From Candidatus Omnitrophota bacterium (lineage in GTDB: Bacteria > Omnitrophota > Gorgyraeia > Gygaellales > Profunditerraquicolaceae), in contig JBAZOC010000002.1 in NCBI GenBank assembly GCA_041648915.1, positions 2,175-66,174 on the forward strand: DNA of 64,000 nucleotides. Reading direction: 5' to 3'. The notes beneath the pieces are model-generated. The model was not told the DNA's origin. It did not search any database and worked only from the letters and a program-made list of their open reading frames with translations. The position numbers and the translations under genes were made by a program. Every line of letters begins with the position of its first letter. The stretch's first letter is position 1. Positions 42,752 to 52,391 of the stretch are shown one piece after another.

Positions 42752-42933
42752 GTGCTCTGTAGAAAATGCGTATTACCTGAAAATAAACCGGATATAACGT
42801 TAAATATAGACGTGTATGCAATATCTGCTTTGGTACTCAAAAAAAGCATCGGGCAATCCGGAATAAAGATCTATTTCAAAAATATTTTATCAGCAATATT
42901 ACCGAAAAGTTGAATTGCGGAGGCTTGCAATAG
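42752..42933 (+). pseudogene. frameshifted, truncated remnant of an N-acetyl-sugar amidotransferase-type gene (N-terminal zinc-ribbon only)
   Basis: Frame 1 reads LCRKCVLPENKPDITLNID. After a shift near 42808-42815 it continues VCNICFGTQKK...LNCGGLQ*, i.e. the CxxC..P.I.F...GVCNxC N-terminus without the PP-loop body. Confidence 0.4.
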
Positions 42934-42935
42934 AG

Positions 42936-43172
42936 ATGAAATCCAGCGGGGCCTTTGAGAAGGCAGCAGTAAAATTATTCCGGGCAATACAGAAAATATT
43001 ACTAACTATTTTCCTGGTTTTGATTTATATTTTCGGTTTTGGGTTTACTTTCGTTTTAACAGTCTTATTCAACCGTAAAACTATTTTCTCCTCAAGAAAA
43101 AATAGAGATTCCTCCTGGTTAAAGGCCCAAGGCTATCAACCGGATTTAGAAGATTGCTTCAGGCAATCTTAG
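42936..43172 (+). CDS. small membrane protein, tentatively SxtJ-like
   Basis: One or two hydrophobic helices followed by a basic tail. Position upstream of DUF5989 plus carbamoyltransferase, an arrangement recalled from database annotations. Confidence 0.5.
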   Translation: MKSSGAFEKAAVKLFRAIQKILLTIFLVLIYIFGFGFTFVLTVLFNRKTIFSSRKNRDSSWLKAQGYQPDLEDCFRQS

Positions 43173-43345
43173 GGAAGGTAAGGAATGAAAAAATTGCCTA
43201 TAAGCTTAAAGAGATGTTTTATCTGGTCAGAAAATATAAGTTGTATTTTCTGGCGCCGTTATTGAGCATGTTTGTTTTACTGGCATTTTTGGCTTTTTAC
43301 CTGGGGCCGAGCGTAGTCATTTCTTTTATCTATGCCGGCTTCTGA
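43154..43345 (+). CDS. DUF5989-like small membrane protein
   Basis: VRKYKLYFLAPLL...LGPSVVISFIYAGF resembles the R.KK.WLLP....APFIYTLF pattern of DUF5989. TTG start uncertain. Confidence 0.55.
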   Translation: MLQAILGKVRNEKIAYKLKEMFYLVRKYKLYFLAPLLSMFVLLAFLAFYLGPSVVISFIYAGF

Positions 43346-43354
43346 TAGCAATTA

Positions 43355-45037
43355 ATGAATATATTAGGGATATCCTGTTTTTGCCATGATTCAGCGGCCT
43401 GTCTTCTTAAAGACGGGAAGATAGTTGCCGCTGCCTCGGAAGAAAGATTCAACCGCCAAAAAAATTCTTCAACTTTTCCTAGCCAGGCAATCAATTTCTG
43501 TCTGCAAAAAGCCGGCTTGCTGGTTTACGATATTGATTACCTGGGTTTTCACGAAAAACCTTTCCTTAAATTTTCCAGGGTGCTTTTAGGGCATCTTAAA
43601 TCCTATCCATTTTCGTTGGGGAACTTTCTGGAGAGCATGCCTTTTTGGCTCCAGGAGAGGTTGACTATTCCGCTGGTCTTCAAGCAGGAGTTAGGCTATG
43701 AAGGCAAAACCTTGTTTATCAAGCACCATCTTTCCCATGCCGCAAGCTCTTTTTTAGTTTCTCCTTTTGAAGAAGCGGCTATCCTTACCGCCGACGGAGT
43801 GGGAGAATGGGCTACCACTACTTACGGTTTAGGCAAAGGAAACAATATCAAGATATTCAGAGAGATATATTTTCCGGATTCCCTGGGTTTGCTTTATACG
43901 GCAGTAACCACTTATCTGGGGTTTACGGCCCGGGAGGGCGAAGGAAAAGTTATGGGGCTGGCCAGTTACGGCAAACCAGTCTATTTAGACAAATTTAAAC
44001 AAATCGTAAACGTCTATCCCGACGGTAGTTTCAACCTGGCCCAGCGCTGCTTCGGGTTTAACCGGGGCTCCCGGATGTATAACGCCAGATTCATTAAGTT
44101 GTTCGGCAGGGAGAGGCAGGTTGGGGGAGAGATTGAAGAAAGGCATTGCGATATTGCCGCCAGCCTGCAAAAACTTACCGAAGATATCTTGATTGGCATT
44201 ACTAGAAGAATACACCAGGAATTAAAAGTTGATCAGCTCTGCCTAGCCGGAGGCCTATTCTTGAATTGTGTGGCTAATAACCGGATTTTAGAAGAGACTC
44301 CTTTTAAGGAAATATTTATTCAACCGGCTGCCGGAGATAGCGGGGGAGCCCTGGGGGTTGCTGCCTATATCTATAATTCAATACTGGATAACCGCCGTAA
44401 TTATGTAATGCGCGATGCTTATCTTGGACCGGATTTTTCAACGGAAGATATTCGCCGGAATTTGTTTAACCGGGAGATTAAATTTAAAGAGTTGGGGGAT
44501 GCTGAACTCTGCCAGTATGTTGCCGCCAGGATAGCTGAGGATAAAATCGTTGGCTGGTTTCAGGGAAGGATGGAATTCGGGCCTAGGGCCTTAGGTAGCC
44601 GCTCGATATTAGCTTCTCCCTGCAACCCCAAGATAAAGGATCTATTAAATTCAAAAGTTAAACAAAGGGAGTCTTTTCGGCCTTATGCCCCGGCGGTATT
44701 AGAAGAAAGGGTTAGGGATTTTTTCCAGGCTAAACAATTCTCTCCGTTTATGCTTCTGGCAGCTGAAGTACGGGAAGATAAAAGGTTAGTAATTCCGGGA
44801 GTGACTCATGTGGATGGAAGCGCCAGGGTGCAGGTTGTCGCCAAAGAAACCAATCCTAAATTTTGGCTTTTGATCAAGGAATTTGAAAACCTAACCGGGG
44901 TCCCGGTAGTTATCAATACCTCTTTTAATCTCAGGGGCCAACCGATAGTCTGCAGCCCCGCAGATGCCTTAAATGCTTTCGATAATAGCCAGCTGGATTG
45001 CCTGGTGCTTGAGAATTTAGTTGTTGAGCGTACTTAG
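43355..45037 (+). CDS. carbamoyltransferase (NodU/CmcH family)
   Basis: MNILGIS..HDSAACL..DG.IVAA.EERF.R.K N-terminus, HH.SHAAS, and the C-terminal carbamoyltransferase domain (NTSFNLRGQPIV). Confidence 0.9.
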   Translation: MNILGISCFCHDSAACLLKDGKIVAAASEERFNRQKNSSTFPSQAINFCLQKAGLLVYDIDYLGFHEKPFLKFSRVLLGHLKSYPFSLGNFLESMPFWLQERLTIPLVFKQELGYEGKTLFIKHHLSHAASSFLVSPFEEAAILTADGVGEWATTTYGLGKGNNIKIFREIYFPDSLGLLYTAVTTYLGFTAREGEGKVMGLASYGKPVYLDKFKQIVNVYPDGSFNLAQRCFGFNRGSRMYNARFIKLFGRERQVGGEIEERHCDIAASLQKLTEDILIGITRRIHQELKVDQLCLAGGLFLNCVANNRILEETPFKEIFIQPAAGDSGGALGVAAYIYNSILDNRRNYVMRDAYLGPDFSTEDIRRNLFNREIKFKELGDAELCQYVAARIAEDKIVGWFQGRMEFGPRALGSRSILASPCNPKIKDLLNSKVKQRESFRPYAPAVLEERVRDFFQAKQFSPFMLLAAEVREDKRLVIPGVTHVDGSARVQVVAKETNPKFWLLIKEFENLTGVPVVINTSFNLRGQPIVCSPADALNAFDNSQLDCLVLENLVVERT

Positions 45038-45083
45038 TATATTTTAAAACGATTATAGATACTATCCGCATATAACCATTACA

Positions 45084-45215
45084 ATGATGGGTTATAATGA
45101 CATGAGGCTTATGCATACGCGTATTTTAAAAAAATTCCAAAAAGAGGGTTATGCTCGGGTAAATGAAGATAGCTTGGAGCCGAAGGTAATAAAGAAAGAG
45201 TATTTCAAGAAATGA
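45084..45215 (+). CDS. 43-aa small ORF, hypothetical
   Basis: Found by hand. Its stop overlaps the next ATG (ATGA). No recognisable motif. Confidence 0.25.
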   Translation: MMGYNDMRLMHTRILKKFQKEGYARVNEDSLEPKVIKKEYFKK

Positions 45216-46798
45216 AAAAAAATCTAGTATTTCTTCTCCTGATATTATTAGGCCTGGGCTTAAGATTATACAGCCTGGATAAATATCCTCTCTGGCTAGA
45301 TGAAGTCACTGCTGCCTCTACCGGGCGTAATATCCCTTGCCTATTGAGCCTAGGCAAAGCCTCTCATCAATCCCCGGGTTTAGAGAAAAATGATTATCTT
45401 TATTCCTATAACCGGTTTTTTATCTACTACTGGAAAAAGATATCCGGAGATTCGGAATTTGCCCTTAGATTGTCTTCGGTGCTTTTTGCGCTCCTGGGGC
45501 TATATATGCTCTTTAGGCTGGGTAATCTTCTTTATGGCCCGGGTATTGCCCGGATCAGTCTTTTCCTTCTGGCGATTTCTCCTTTTCATATATATTATTC
45601 CCAGGAATTAAGATCGTATGCCGCAGTATCTTTTCTTAGCCTCCTGGCTTTCTATATTTCGCTTAAGATCATCAAAAAAGAGAAGACCATTTACTGGGTT
45701 GGTTATATTTTAGTCAATTTCCTGAGTTTAGCTTTTAATTATATGATCTTGAGTCTGGTCCTGGCCCAGTTTGTATTTTTGGCGCTTAACCGTCGCCGGG
45801 AGGATAATTTCTTATGCAAATTGATAATTACGCATCTGGTTATTTTTTCTCTGGGCGCCGGTTTAATCTTATTTTTTCATCCGGCTTTATTATTTAATCT
45901 CAATAGGCCCGTACCTATTGAACTTACGGATCTTCCGGTTTGGGGCCAGGAGGTCAACTTGAGCAATATTTTGTTCACTTTGAAAAATTTTAGCCTGGGC
46001 TACAATATCGATTCCTATTCTCCGTCGGGGTTGATTTTTGCCTTGATCTTTTTTTCTCTCTTCGTGGCAGGCTGCTATAGGGATAAATCTAAAGCAGCAC
46101 TTACCTTTAAGGCAGTAATCGTATTTTTACCGATCGCGCTTATTTTTCTAGCCTCAAAATTCGTAAAATCCTGCTACCTCTACCGGTATTTTTTAGCGGC
46201 CTATCCGGTCTATCTATTAGGCGTTGCCGCAGGGTTATATAATTTAAAAAGAAGCCTGCGGTATTTCTTATTAGCGGCAATATCAGTGGCTACGGTTTTT
46301 AGCCTTAAGAATTATTACCAGGCAATATTACCGGGAAGCCATTTTCAGCATACCGGGGTATTTTCCAAAGATACCGATATTACCGGTGCAATAAGATTTG
46401 TTGCGGGCCGGTTCCTTAAAAACGATAAAATATTCTTTACCTCCTGGCTGACTATTCCGCCTTTTAAATTTTATATCCCTCAAGCCATCAATCAAGGCCG
46501 ATTGCAAGATAGACATGAATTCATCCAGGAAGCAGGGGAGGGAAAACTATTCTGGCTGGATAATGAGGATAAGTTGATGTTTATTCCCTATAAAGATTTC
46601 CGGCCCGGCCCGGATTCCGCCAAGGCCCTTGTTTACTCAAACCTTCCCAATAGACTCTGGTTAGTCAACGATTTATTTGACTCTAAACCGGCAGTTATTA
46701 AGGTACTGCAAAATATGTATGGCCCGGCCCAAAAGCATAATTTCAAGAACTTAGAGGTTTACTTGTTTTTCCGGGAAAAGCGGGTTAAGCGGATCTAA
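45212..46798 (+). CDS. GT39/GT83-type (ArnT/PMT-like) polyprenyl-phosphate-sugar-dependent membrane glycosyltransferase
   Basis: Many TM helices, with N-terminal LRLYSLDKYPLWLDEV (DE motif in the first periplasmic loop). Confidence 0.75.
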   Translation: MKKNLVFLLLILLGLGLRLYSLDKYPLWLDEVTAASTGRNIPCLLSLGKASHQSPGLEKNDYLYSYNRFFIYYWKKISGDSEFALRLSSVLFALLGLYMLFRLGNLLYGPGIARISLFLLAISPFHIYYSQELRSYAAVSFLSLLAFYISLKIIKKEKTIYWVGYILVNFLSLAFNYMILSLVLAQFVFLALNRRREDNFLCKLIITHLVIFSLGAGLILFFHPALLFNLNRPVPIELTDLPVWGQEVNLSNILFTLKNFSLGYNIDSYSPSGLIFALIFFSLFVAGCYRDKSKAALTFKAVIVFLPIALIFLASKFVKSCYLYRYFLAAYPVYLLGVAAGLYNLKRSLRYFLLAAISVATVFSLKNYYQAILPGSHFQHTGVFSKDTDITGAIRFVAGRFLKNDKIFFTSWLTIPPFKFYIPQAINQGRLQDRHEFIQEAGEGKLFWLDNEDKLMFIPYKDFRPGPDSAKALVYSNLPNRLWLVNDLFDSKPAVIKVLQNMYGPAQKHNFKNLEVYLFFREKRVKRI

Positions 46799-46906
46799 AA
46801 AAGTATTATTTTACGAATTTAACTTTCAGCAGTATAATAGGTTAGGAAAAAACCATTCCTTAATTTTCCATTTTTTAAACCATCAAATGAAGCAGGTAGT
46901 TTCCAG

Positions 46907-48214
46907 ATGATTAAAAGCAGGATAGTGATCCTGGGAGCGGGATTAAGCGGGCTAAGTATTGCCTGGCACCTTAACCGGATGGGGGTAGAATGCCGGTTAT
47001 TTGAGAAGGAAGGCGAGGTTGGCGGGTTATGCCGCTCCAGGAATATTCGCGGTTTTTGTTTTGATTACTCCGGGCATCTCTTGCATTTTAATAACCGCTA
47101 CGCTTTTGATTTAATAAAATCTCTTTTAGGGAGCAATTTGGCGGAACATCAGCGTAGCGCCTGGATTTATACTCACGGCAGATATATTCCCTATCCTTTT
47201 CAGGCCAATCTCTATAAACTACCGGAAAAGGTAAAGCAGGAATGCCTATCCGGATTAATCCGGGCCTCCGGAGCCAAGCGCCAAAAGAAAAAAAATAATT
47301 TTTTAGGTTGGATAGAAGAAAATTTTGGCCAAGGGATAGCCAAAAATTTTTTCATCCCCTACAATACTAAATTCTGGACCATCTCCCCGCAGGATATGAC
47401 TTGTGAGTGGCTGGATGGTTTTATCCCGGTGCCTTCTTTGAGCCAGATGTTGGCGGGCGCAGTTAAAGCTAGTAAGGACAGCTTTGGTTATAATGTTAAA
47501 TTCTGGTACCCTAAGAAAGGCGGAATCGCCAGCCTCTCTAACTCTTTAGCCAGTAGCGTTAAAAATATTTATACCGGTTGTAAGGTAACCGGGATAGACC
47601 TGGCTAGAAAAGAAATAACACTCTGTGGGTCTGAAAAAGAAAAATTTGATTATTTGATTTCGACGCTTCCCTTACCGGAAATTCCCGCGCTTACCAAAGC
47701 GCTGCCCGGAAGAATAGCGGATTCATTTTCCCGGCTAAGGTGGAATTCCGTATTCAACCTTAACCTGGGGATAGACCGCAAGGCTGACAAACTAAAGCAT
47801 TGGGTCTATTTTCCGGAAAAGAAAATTCCTTTTTTCCGGGTTGGATTCTTCCATAATTTTTCTGCTTATCTTACTCCCCAGTCTAAAGGCTCACTATATA
47901 CCGAAGTATCTTATCCTCAAGGTAAAGAAATTAATGACAAAATTATTTCCCGGGCCAAAGACGCCCTGCGGAGGACAGGAATATTAGACAGCGCTAAAGT
48001 TTGTATCCAGGATATTAACCGGATCAAGTATGCCTATCCCATCTACGATCATAACTATGCTTTAGCCAGGTTAAATATTTTACAGTTCCTGAGGCGAAAA
48101 AATATTTTTTCCTGCGGGCGTTACGGTTCCTGGCGCTACTTATCCATGCAAGGCGTTATTTTGGAGGCCAGGGCCGCCGCTAAGGAGATTTACAGGTGTT
48201 TAAAGAAAAAATAA
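46907..48214 (+). CDS. FAD-dependent oxidoreductase, UDP-galactopyranose-mutase / amine-oxidase-like fold
   Basis: ILGAGLSGLS...FEKEGEVGGLCRS dinucleotide fold and C-terminal GRYGSWRY. Confidence 0.65.
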   Translation: MIKSRIVILGAGLSGLSIAWHLNRMGVECRLFEKEGEVGGLCRSRNIRGFCFDYSGHLLHFNNRYAFDLIKSLLGSNLAEHQRSAWIYTHGRYIPYPFQANLYKLPEKVKQECLSGLIRASGAKRQKKKNNFLGWIEENFGQGIAKNFFIPYNTKFWTISPQDMTCEWLDGFIPVPSLSQMLAGAVKASKDSFGYNVKFWYPKKGGIASLSNSLASSVKNIYTGCKVTGIDLARKEITLCGSEKEKFDYLISTLPLPEIPALTKALPGRIADSFSRLRWNSVFNLNLGIDRKADKLKHWVYFPEKKIPFFRVGFFHNFSAYLTPQSKGSLYTEVSYPQGKEINDKIISRAKDALRRTGILDSAKVCIQDINRIKYAYPIYDHNYALARLNILQFLRRKNIFSCGRYGSWRYLSMQGVILEARAAAKEIYRCLKKK

Positions 48215-48975
48215 ACCGCCTTTTTTTGTGCCGGCGCACCCTCTGGGACATGAGCGTGGCGCAATGGAGATCCAGGTATGCCGGTTCTTACCTGGGTATA
48301 TGGTGGACGATAATTCCTCCTTTGGTATTAGCCGCCAGCATCAATTTTGTATTTCAGCTGGTTTTTAAGATAGCTATGCCGGGTTATACCATATTTGCGC
48401 TTTCGGGGATCCTCCCCTGGTTTTTCCTGGTGAATTCTCTGGAACAGGCGACGAATTCGTTTATCGTAAGCGCTCCCCTATTAAGGCAGGGGATATTCCC
48501 CCGGGAATTTATCCCCTTAGCTTTTGTTTTGGCGAATTTAATTAATTTCATCATAAGTTTGGCCTTATTCCTGCCTTTAATCATTTTTTTAAATCCTAAA
48601 ATCGGCTTTTTACCGTTACTTCTGCCCCTAGTGGTCATTCTTCACTTCGTCTTTGTTTTTGGACTAGCGCTGTTATTGGCGAGCGTCAACGTTTTTATAA
48701 GGGATGTAGCGCATTTTTTGACGACTGTTTTTATGATCTGGTTCTGGGTGACTCCGGTATTTTATCCCTTAGAAATGGTGGCGTTTCCTTTACGCTGGGT
48801 CTGCCTGTTGAACCCGATGACGCATTATATTATCTTGTACCAGAAACTGCTTTTCTATGGTACCCGCCCCAGCCCGAGAGAGATAGGCATAGTCTTCCTG
48901 ATCTCGGGTTTTTCTCTTTTTCTGGGTTATTTATATTTTGCCAGGAAGCAGTCAATTTTATCTAAAAGCATATGA
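48196..48975 (+). CDS. wzm: ABC-2 type polysaccharide export permease (Wzm/TagG-like)
   Basis: RSRYAGSYLGIWWTIIPPL N-terminal signature and 6 TM segments. ATGA overlap with the ATPase gene. Confidence 0.85.
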   Translation: MFKEKINRLFLCRRTLWDMSVAQWRSRYAGSYLGIWWTIIPPLVLAASINFVFQLVFKIAMPGYTIFALSGILPWFFLVNSLEQATNSFIVSAPLLRQGIFPREFIPLAFVLANLINFIISLALFLPLIIFLNPKIGFLPLLLPLVVILHFVFVFGLALLLASVNVFIRDVAHFLTTVFMIWFWVTPVFYPLEMVAFPLRWVCLLNPMTHYIILYQKLLFYGTRPSPREIGIVFLISGFSLFLGYLYFARKQSILSKSI

Positions 48976-51900
48976 AGATAGTCGAACTTAAAAACGTCTG
49001 GGAGAAGTACCGCATAAAATTTATCCGCGCCAGGCGGGTATACTGGGAAGATGTCTGGGCTCTGAAAGATATAAATTTGAGTCTGGAAAAGGGAGAGGTC
49101 CTGGGGATAATCGGGCAAAACGGAGCCGGTAAAACGACTTTGTTGAAGATAATCGCCGGGATGTTCGCGCCGGATAAGGGGGAAGTGGATATCCGCGGCA
49201 AGGTAGCTACTCTCATGGAGCTGGGCGCAGGGTTTAATCCCGAATTTACCGGCCGGCAAAATTTAATCTTTAATTCCAGGATGTACGGCCTGGACGATGA
49301 AACCTTAAGCCGGCAGATAGATAAGGTCATTGATTTCGCCAGTTTGGGTAAGTTTATCGATGCCCCGGTCAAGTTTTACTCCCAGGGGATGTATACGCGC
49401 CTGGCCTTTGCCTTAGCTATATTTGTTGAGCCGGATATACTGCTTATAGACGATATCCTGGCAGTGGGGGATGAAGAAGCCCGGCAAAAGTGTATTGATA
49501 AAATATTTGAATTAAAACAGGCCGGCAAGACCATAATCGTAGTCAGCCATGATTTAAACATGGTCGGTAAATTATGCAGCCGTTCGATTATATTAGAAAA
49601 CGGCCGGATCATCCAGGAAGATTCATCCGACAGGGTTATTTCTTATTACCTTGAGACTGTAGGCGTAAAATCAGGAATCGCTATTTTAAAAAAAGATAAA
49701 ATAAAACTGGTATTTAACAACGGCAGGATGGCGATCAATTATAGCGGTTATCCGATTACTAAAGGTCTCGGGGTTTACGCGTCATTTTTCAGGCCGCATT
49801 TAAACGAATGGTTCGTCCCTAACAGCCTTTTATGGCGGATAAAATCATTATCAGCGGATGAGGCCATTATAGAAGGATCTGCCATTGATGGGACCCTAGT
49901 CCAGGGGTGGAGGATAAAACTGGAAGATGGATATTTTAACCTGGTCGTGGAATTGAAGGAAAGAGGGGAAAAGCTGCATGCGGATTTTATCCTCGTCTCC
50001 GGGTATAAAAAATGGTTGACCCTGAAGAATGAAGGCGAATTTCCGGTCTATGCCGATAAGACAAATTGGCAGGATCTGGATCTAGAGGGATGCCCTAAAG
50101 GGACAGTTGCTCTGGCCGCGGATGAAGCGGATACTCCGCTGCCGGGGATTATTTTTGAGAATAAAGACGGCAGCAACCAGTTGAAAGTTTTCAATACCGG
50201 CTATGAACAGGAAGCCAGGGTTATTCAGCCTTATGCCGGAAATAATGAATTGCTTTCTTTAAGCCTGGGGTTATTTTTTGATAATGTGAAATTTAATGAT
50301 TATTTTTCCAAACTTAAGCAGCAGTTCCTTGCGGATCAGCAGTCGGATGAAAGCGCCTCGGGTAAGATCCGGGTTTTATACACTCTAGCCTCTGCTAATA
50401 TGCGGCTTGATGCTGATCTTAAACGTAAGTTCATAAAGGTTTTCTATTCAGATAGAGAGTTGACCAAGGCCAGTGGCCTGCACAGCGGGTTTTTACTTAA
50501 CGGTATCTGGTATGATACTTCGACTGCCCAGTGGAGCGTAGATTCCAAAGAAAATGCTATGTGGATCCGATTATCTTGGAAGGGCCTTGATTTTAACGAG
50601 GTCTGGGAATTAAAATTCGAGGGGCAGAAGCTCAACTGGGATATGGGTATTATCAATAACGGGACAGGGGGTATCCCGGAAATCATAAAATTCGGTCTCT
50701 TCTTAGACGATAATTATCAAGATTTTTTCTGCGGGCATCAGGAAGGAGCTTTCCCTTTAGCATTTAAGCAATGGCAGGATCTGGCCCTGGATAATTCGGG
50801 CGCTACGCTTTTTGGTTTTAAAAAAACAGGCCTATTTCCGGCAGTCACCATTGTCAATAATGATGGCTTGAATTGCGTAATACAGAACAGTGATGCTAAG
50901 ATGGGTTGTCGTATATTACAATTAAGTCTGTCCGGAGGGCGTTTTTGCGGCCAGGCCAAAGAGCATCATTTTAAAGCCCAGCTTAATCTGCTTAACGATA
51001 ACAACCAGATAGATGCTTATCTGAAATCGGAACGGGAAAAAATCATTGCCTCGCGCACTAGCTATTCCGCTAAGGCCAGAATTTTTGCTGACCCGGAGAG
51101 CAGAAGAATAAGGATTTTTTATCAGGATAAAGAAATCACCGGAGGTTATGGGCTTTATGCGACGGTTTTTTTCTCCGACGAAAAGATCTGGTTTAATTCT
51201 TATGATAACGATACCCAGTGGGAGGTAGAAAAGATTTCCGCAGAGAAATTGAGACTACGTATTACTGATAAGAGGCTTGCTTATTTTAGTTTTGATTGGG
51301 AATTGCTGTTAGCCGAAGATGATTCATTGAAGATTAAGATATCGATAGAAACGACAAAGAAATGTTCTTTAATTTACCGGGATTTAAGGCTGGAAGTTGC
51401 CGATGAATACCAGGGATGGAAAACCGTCTACGAAGAAGGCAATTTCTCCGCAAGGAACTATATCCATGGCCTGGCCCCGGTAAGATTAAAGAACAATAAG
51501 GTCTCCGGCTTAATTCTGGAGCCAAAAGATAAAAATAATCTTTTTAATGTAAGTTTTTATGCCTTATCGCCAGCCGAGAAAGTTGTATTAAGCCTAGCTA
51601 AAAGATTGGCATCTAGGAATGCATACCTGGGCCTGAATTTTTCTACGGTAGTCCCCAGGAACGAGCAAGTAGTATCACCCGGGAAAAATATTTTTTTCAA
51701 GGCGGGAGTAGTTTTAGGTAAAAGGATCAAATTAGAGGAGGCCTGGAAAGACAGGGTTATATTAACTAAACAAAATTTAAAATTGATTTTCGACCGCGGC
51801 CGGACCGCCATTGCCTATAAAGAAAAAGAACTGACCCAGGATTTGGGTATGTATACTTCGGTGTGTTGCGGCAACGTATGGTATGATTCCTACCAGGCGG

Positions 51901-52391
51901 TTTGGAATATAAATAAGGCGGATGCAAATAAAATATCGGCTATGGGAAGCTGGCCTAATGTCCCGATTCTACAGTTTTGGCGCTTAGAATTAAAGGGCAA
52001 TGATTTGATATACTGGAAGGTTGATATGGATGTTTACGGAGAGGTTGCCTTGGGGATAGAGCAGGTAAATATTATGCTATCCAGCGTATATAATTCCTGG
52101 CTTATCCCCCCGCTAACGCGAGGTAAATTCATGGATGAATATACCGATGCTTACGATATCCTTCCTTTTAGGTTTTGGTACGGCAAAAGCAGCGAAATCA
52201 TAGCTAAAGCCCCGAAATTACCGAAGGTGAGTTTTAGGAATAATCTCAAGGATTCAGGACTGAGGGCAGTTATAGAAAACACCGATAATTTATACCGGGC
52301 TAGGCTACTTCAGTTCCAAAAGAGCAAAGAGGTAGGTTATCCGGGTGCCAGGAAATACCGTTATTTCGAAGGAGTAATCAAAATTGGATAA
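48972..52391 (+). CDS. wzt: polysaccharide ABC exporter ATPase (Wzt/TagH-like NBD) with a ~900-aa C-terminal extension of four tandem ~230-aa modules
   Basis: Walker A GQNGAGKTT, signature YSQGM, Walker B ILLIDD, H-loop VSHD in aa 1-~230. The remainder is repeat modules (see findings). Confidence 0.9.
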   Translation: MKIVELKNVWEKYRIKFIRARRVYWEDVWALKDINLSLEKGEVLGIIGQNGAGKTTLLKIIAGMFAPDKGEVDIRGKVATLMELGAGFNPEFTGRQNLIFNSRMYGLDDETLSRQIDKVIDFASLGKFIDAPVKFYSQGMYTRLAFALAIFVEPDILLIDDILAVGDEEARQKCIDKIFELKQAGKTIIVVSHDLNMVGKLCSRSIILENGRIIQEDSSDRVISYYLETVGVKSGIAILKKDKIKLVFNNGRMAINYSGYPITKGLGVYASFFRPHLNEWFVPNSLLWRIKSLSADEAIIEGSAIDGTLVQGWRIKLEDGYFNLVVELKERGEKLHADFILVSGYKKWLTLKNEGEFPVYADKTNWQDLDLEGCPKGTVALAADEADTPLPGIIFENKDGSNQLKVFNTGYEQEARVIQPYAGNNELLSLSLGLFFDNVKFNDYFSKLKQQFLADQQSDESASGKIRVLYTLASANMRLDADLKRKFIKVFYSDRELTKASGLHSGFLLNGIWYDTSTAQWSVDSKENAMWIRLSWKGLDFNEVWELKFEGQKLNWDMGIINNGTGGIPEIIKFGLFLDDNYQDFFCGHQEGAFPLAFKQWQDLALDNSGATLFGFKKTGLFPAVTIVNNDGLNCVIQNSDAKMGCRILQLSLSGGRFCGQAKEHHFKAQLNLLNDNNQIDAYLKSEREKIIASRTSYSAKARIFADPESRRIRIFYQDKEITGGYGLYATVFFSDEKIWFNSYDNDTQWEVEKISAEKLRLRITDKRLAYFSFDWELLLAEDDSLKIKISIETTKKCSLIYRDLRLEVADEYQGWKTVYEEGNFSARNYIHGLAPVRLKNNKVSGLILEPKDKNNLFNVSFYALSPAEKVVLSLAKRLASRNAYLGLNFSTVVPRNEQVVSPGKNIFFKAGVVLGKRIKLEEAWKDRVILTKQNLKLIFDRGRTAIAYKEKELTQDLGMYTSVCCGNVWYDSYQAVWNINKADANKISAMGSWPNVPILQFWRLELKGNDLIYWKVDMDVYGEVALGIEQVNIMLSSVYNSWLIPPLTRGKFMDEYTDAYDILPFRFWYGKSSEIIAKAPKLPKVSFRNNLKDSGLRAVIENTDNLYRARLLQFQKSKEVGYPGARKYRYFEGVIKIG
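49698..52388 (+). other. four tandem protein-level repeats (approx aa 243-476, 477-701, 702-935, 936-1139 of Wzt) of an unassigned module
   Basis: Hand alignment on the recurring skeleton [KR]hhF..G+..I.Y...ElT...GhY.Sh....WYDS..A.W.h......h.h...W. Boundaries are approximate. Confidence 0.7.
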
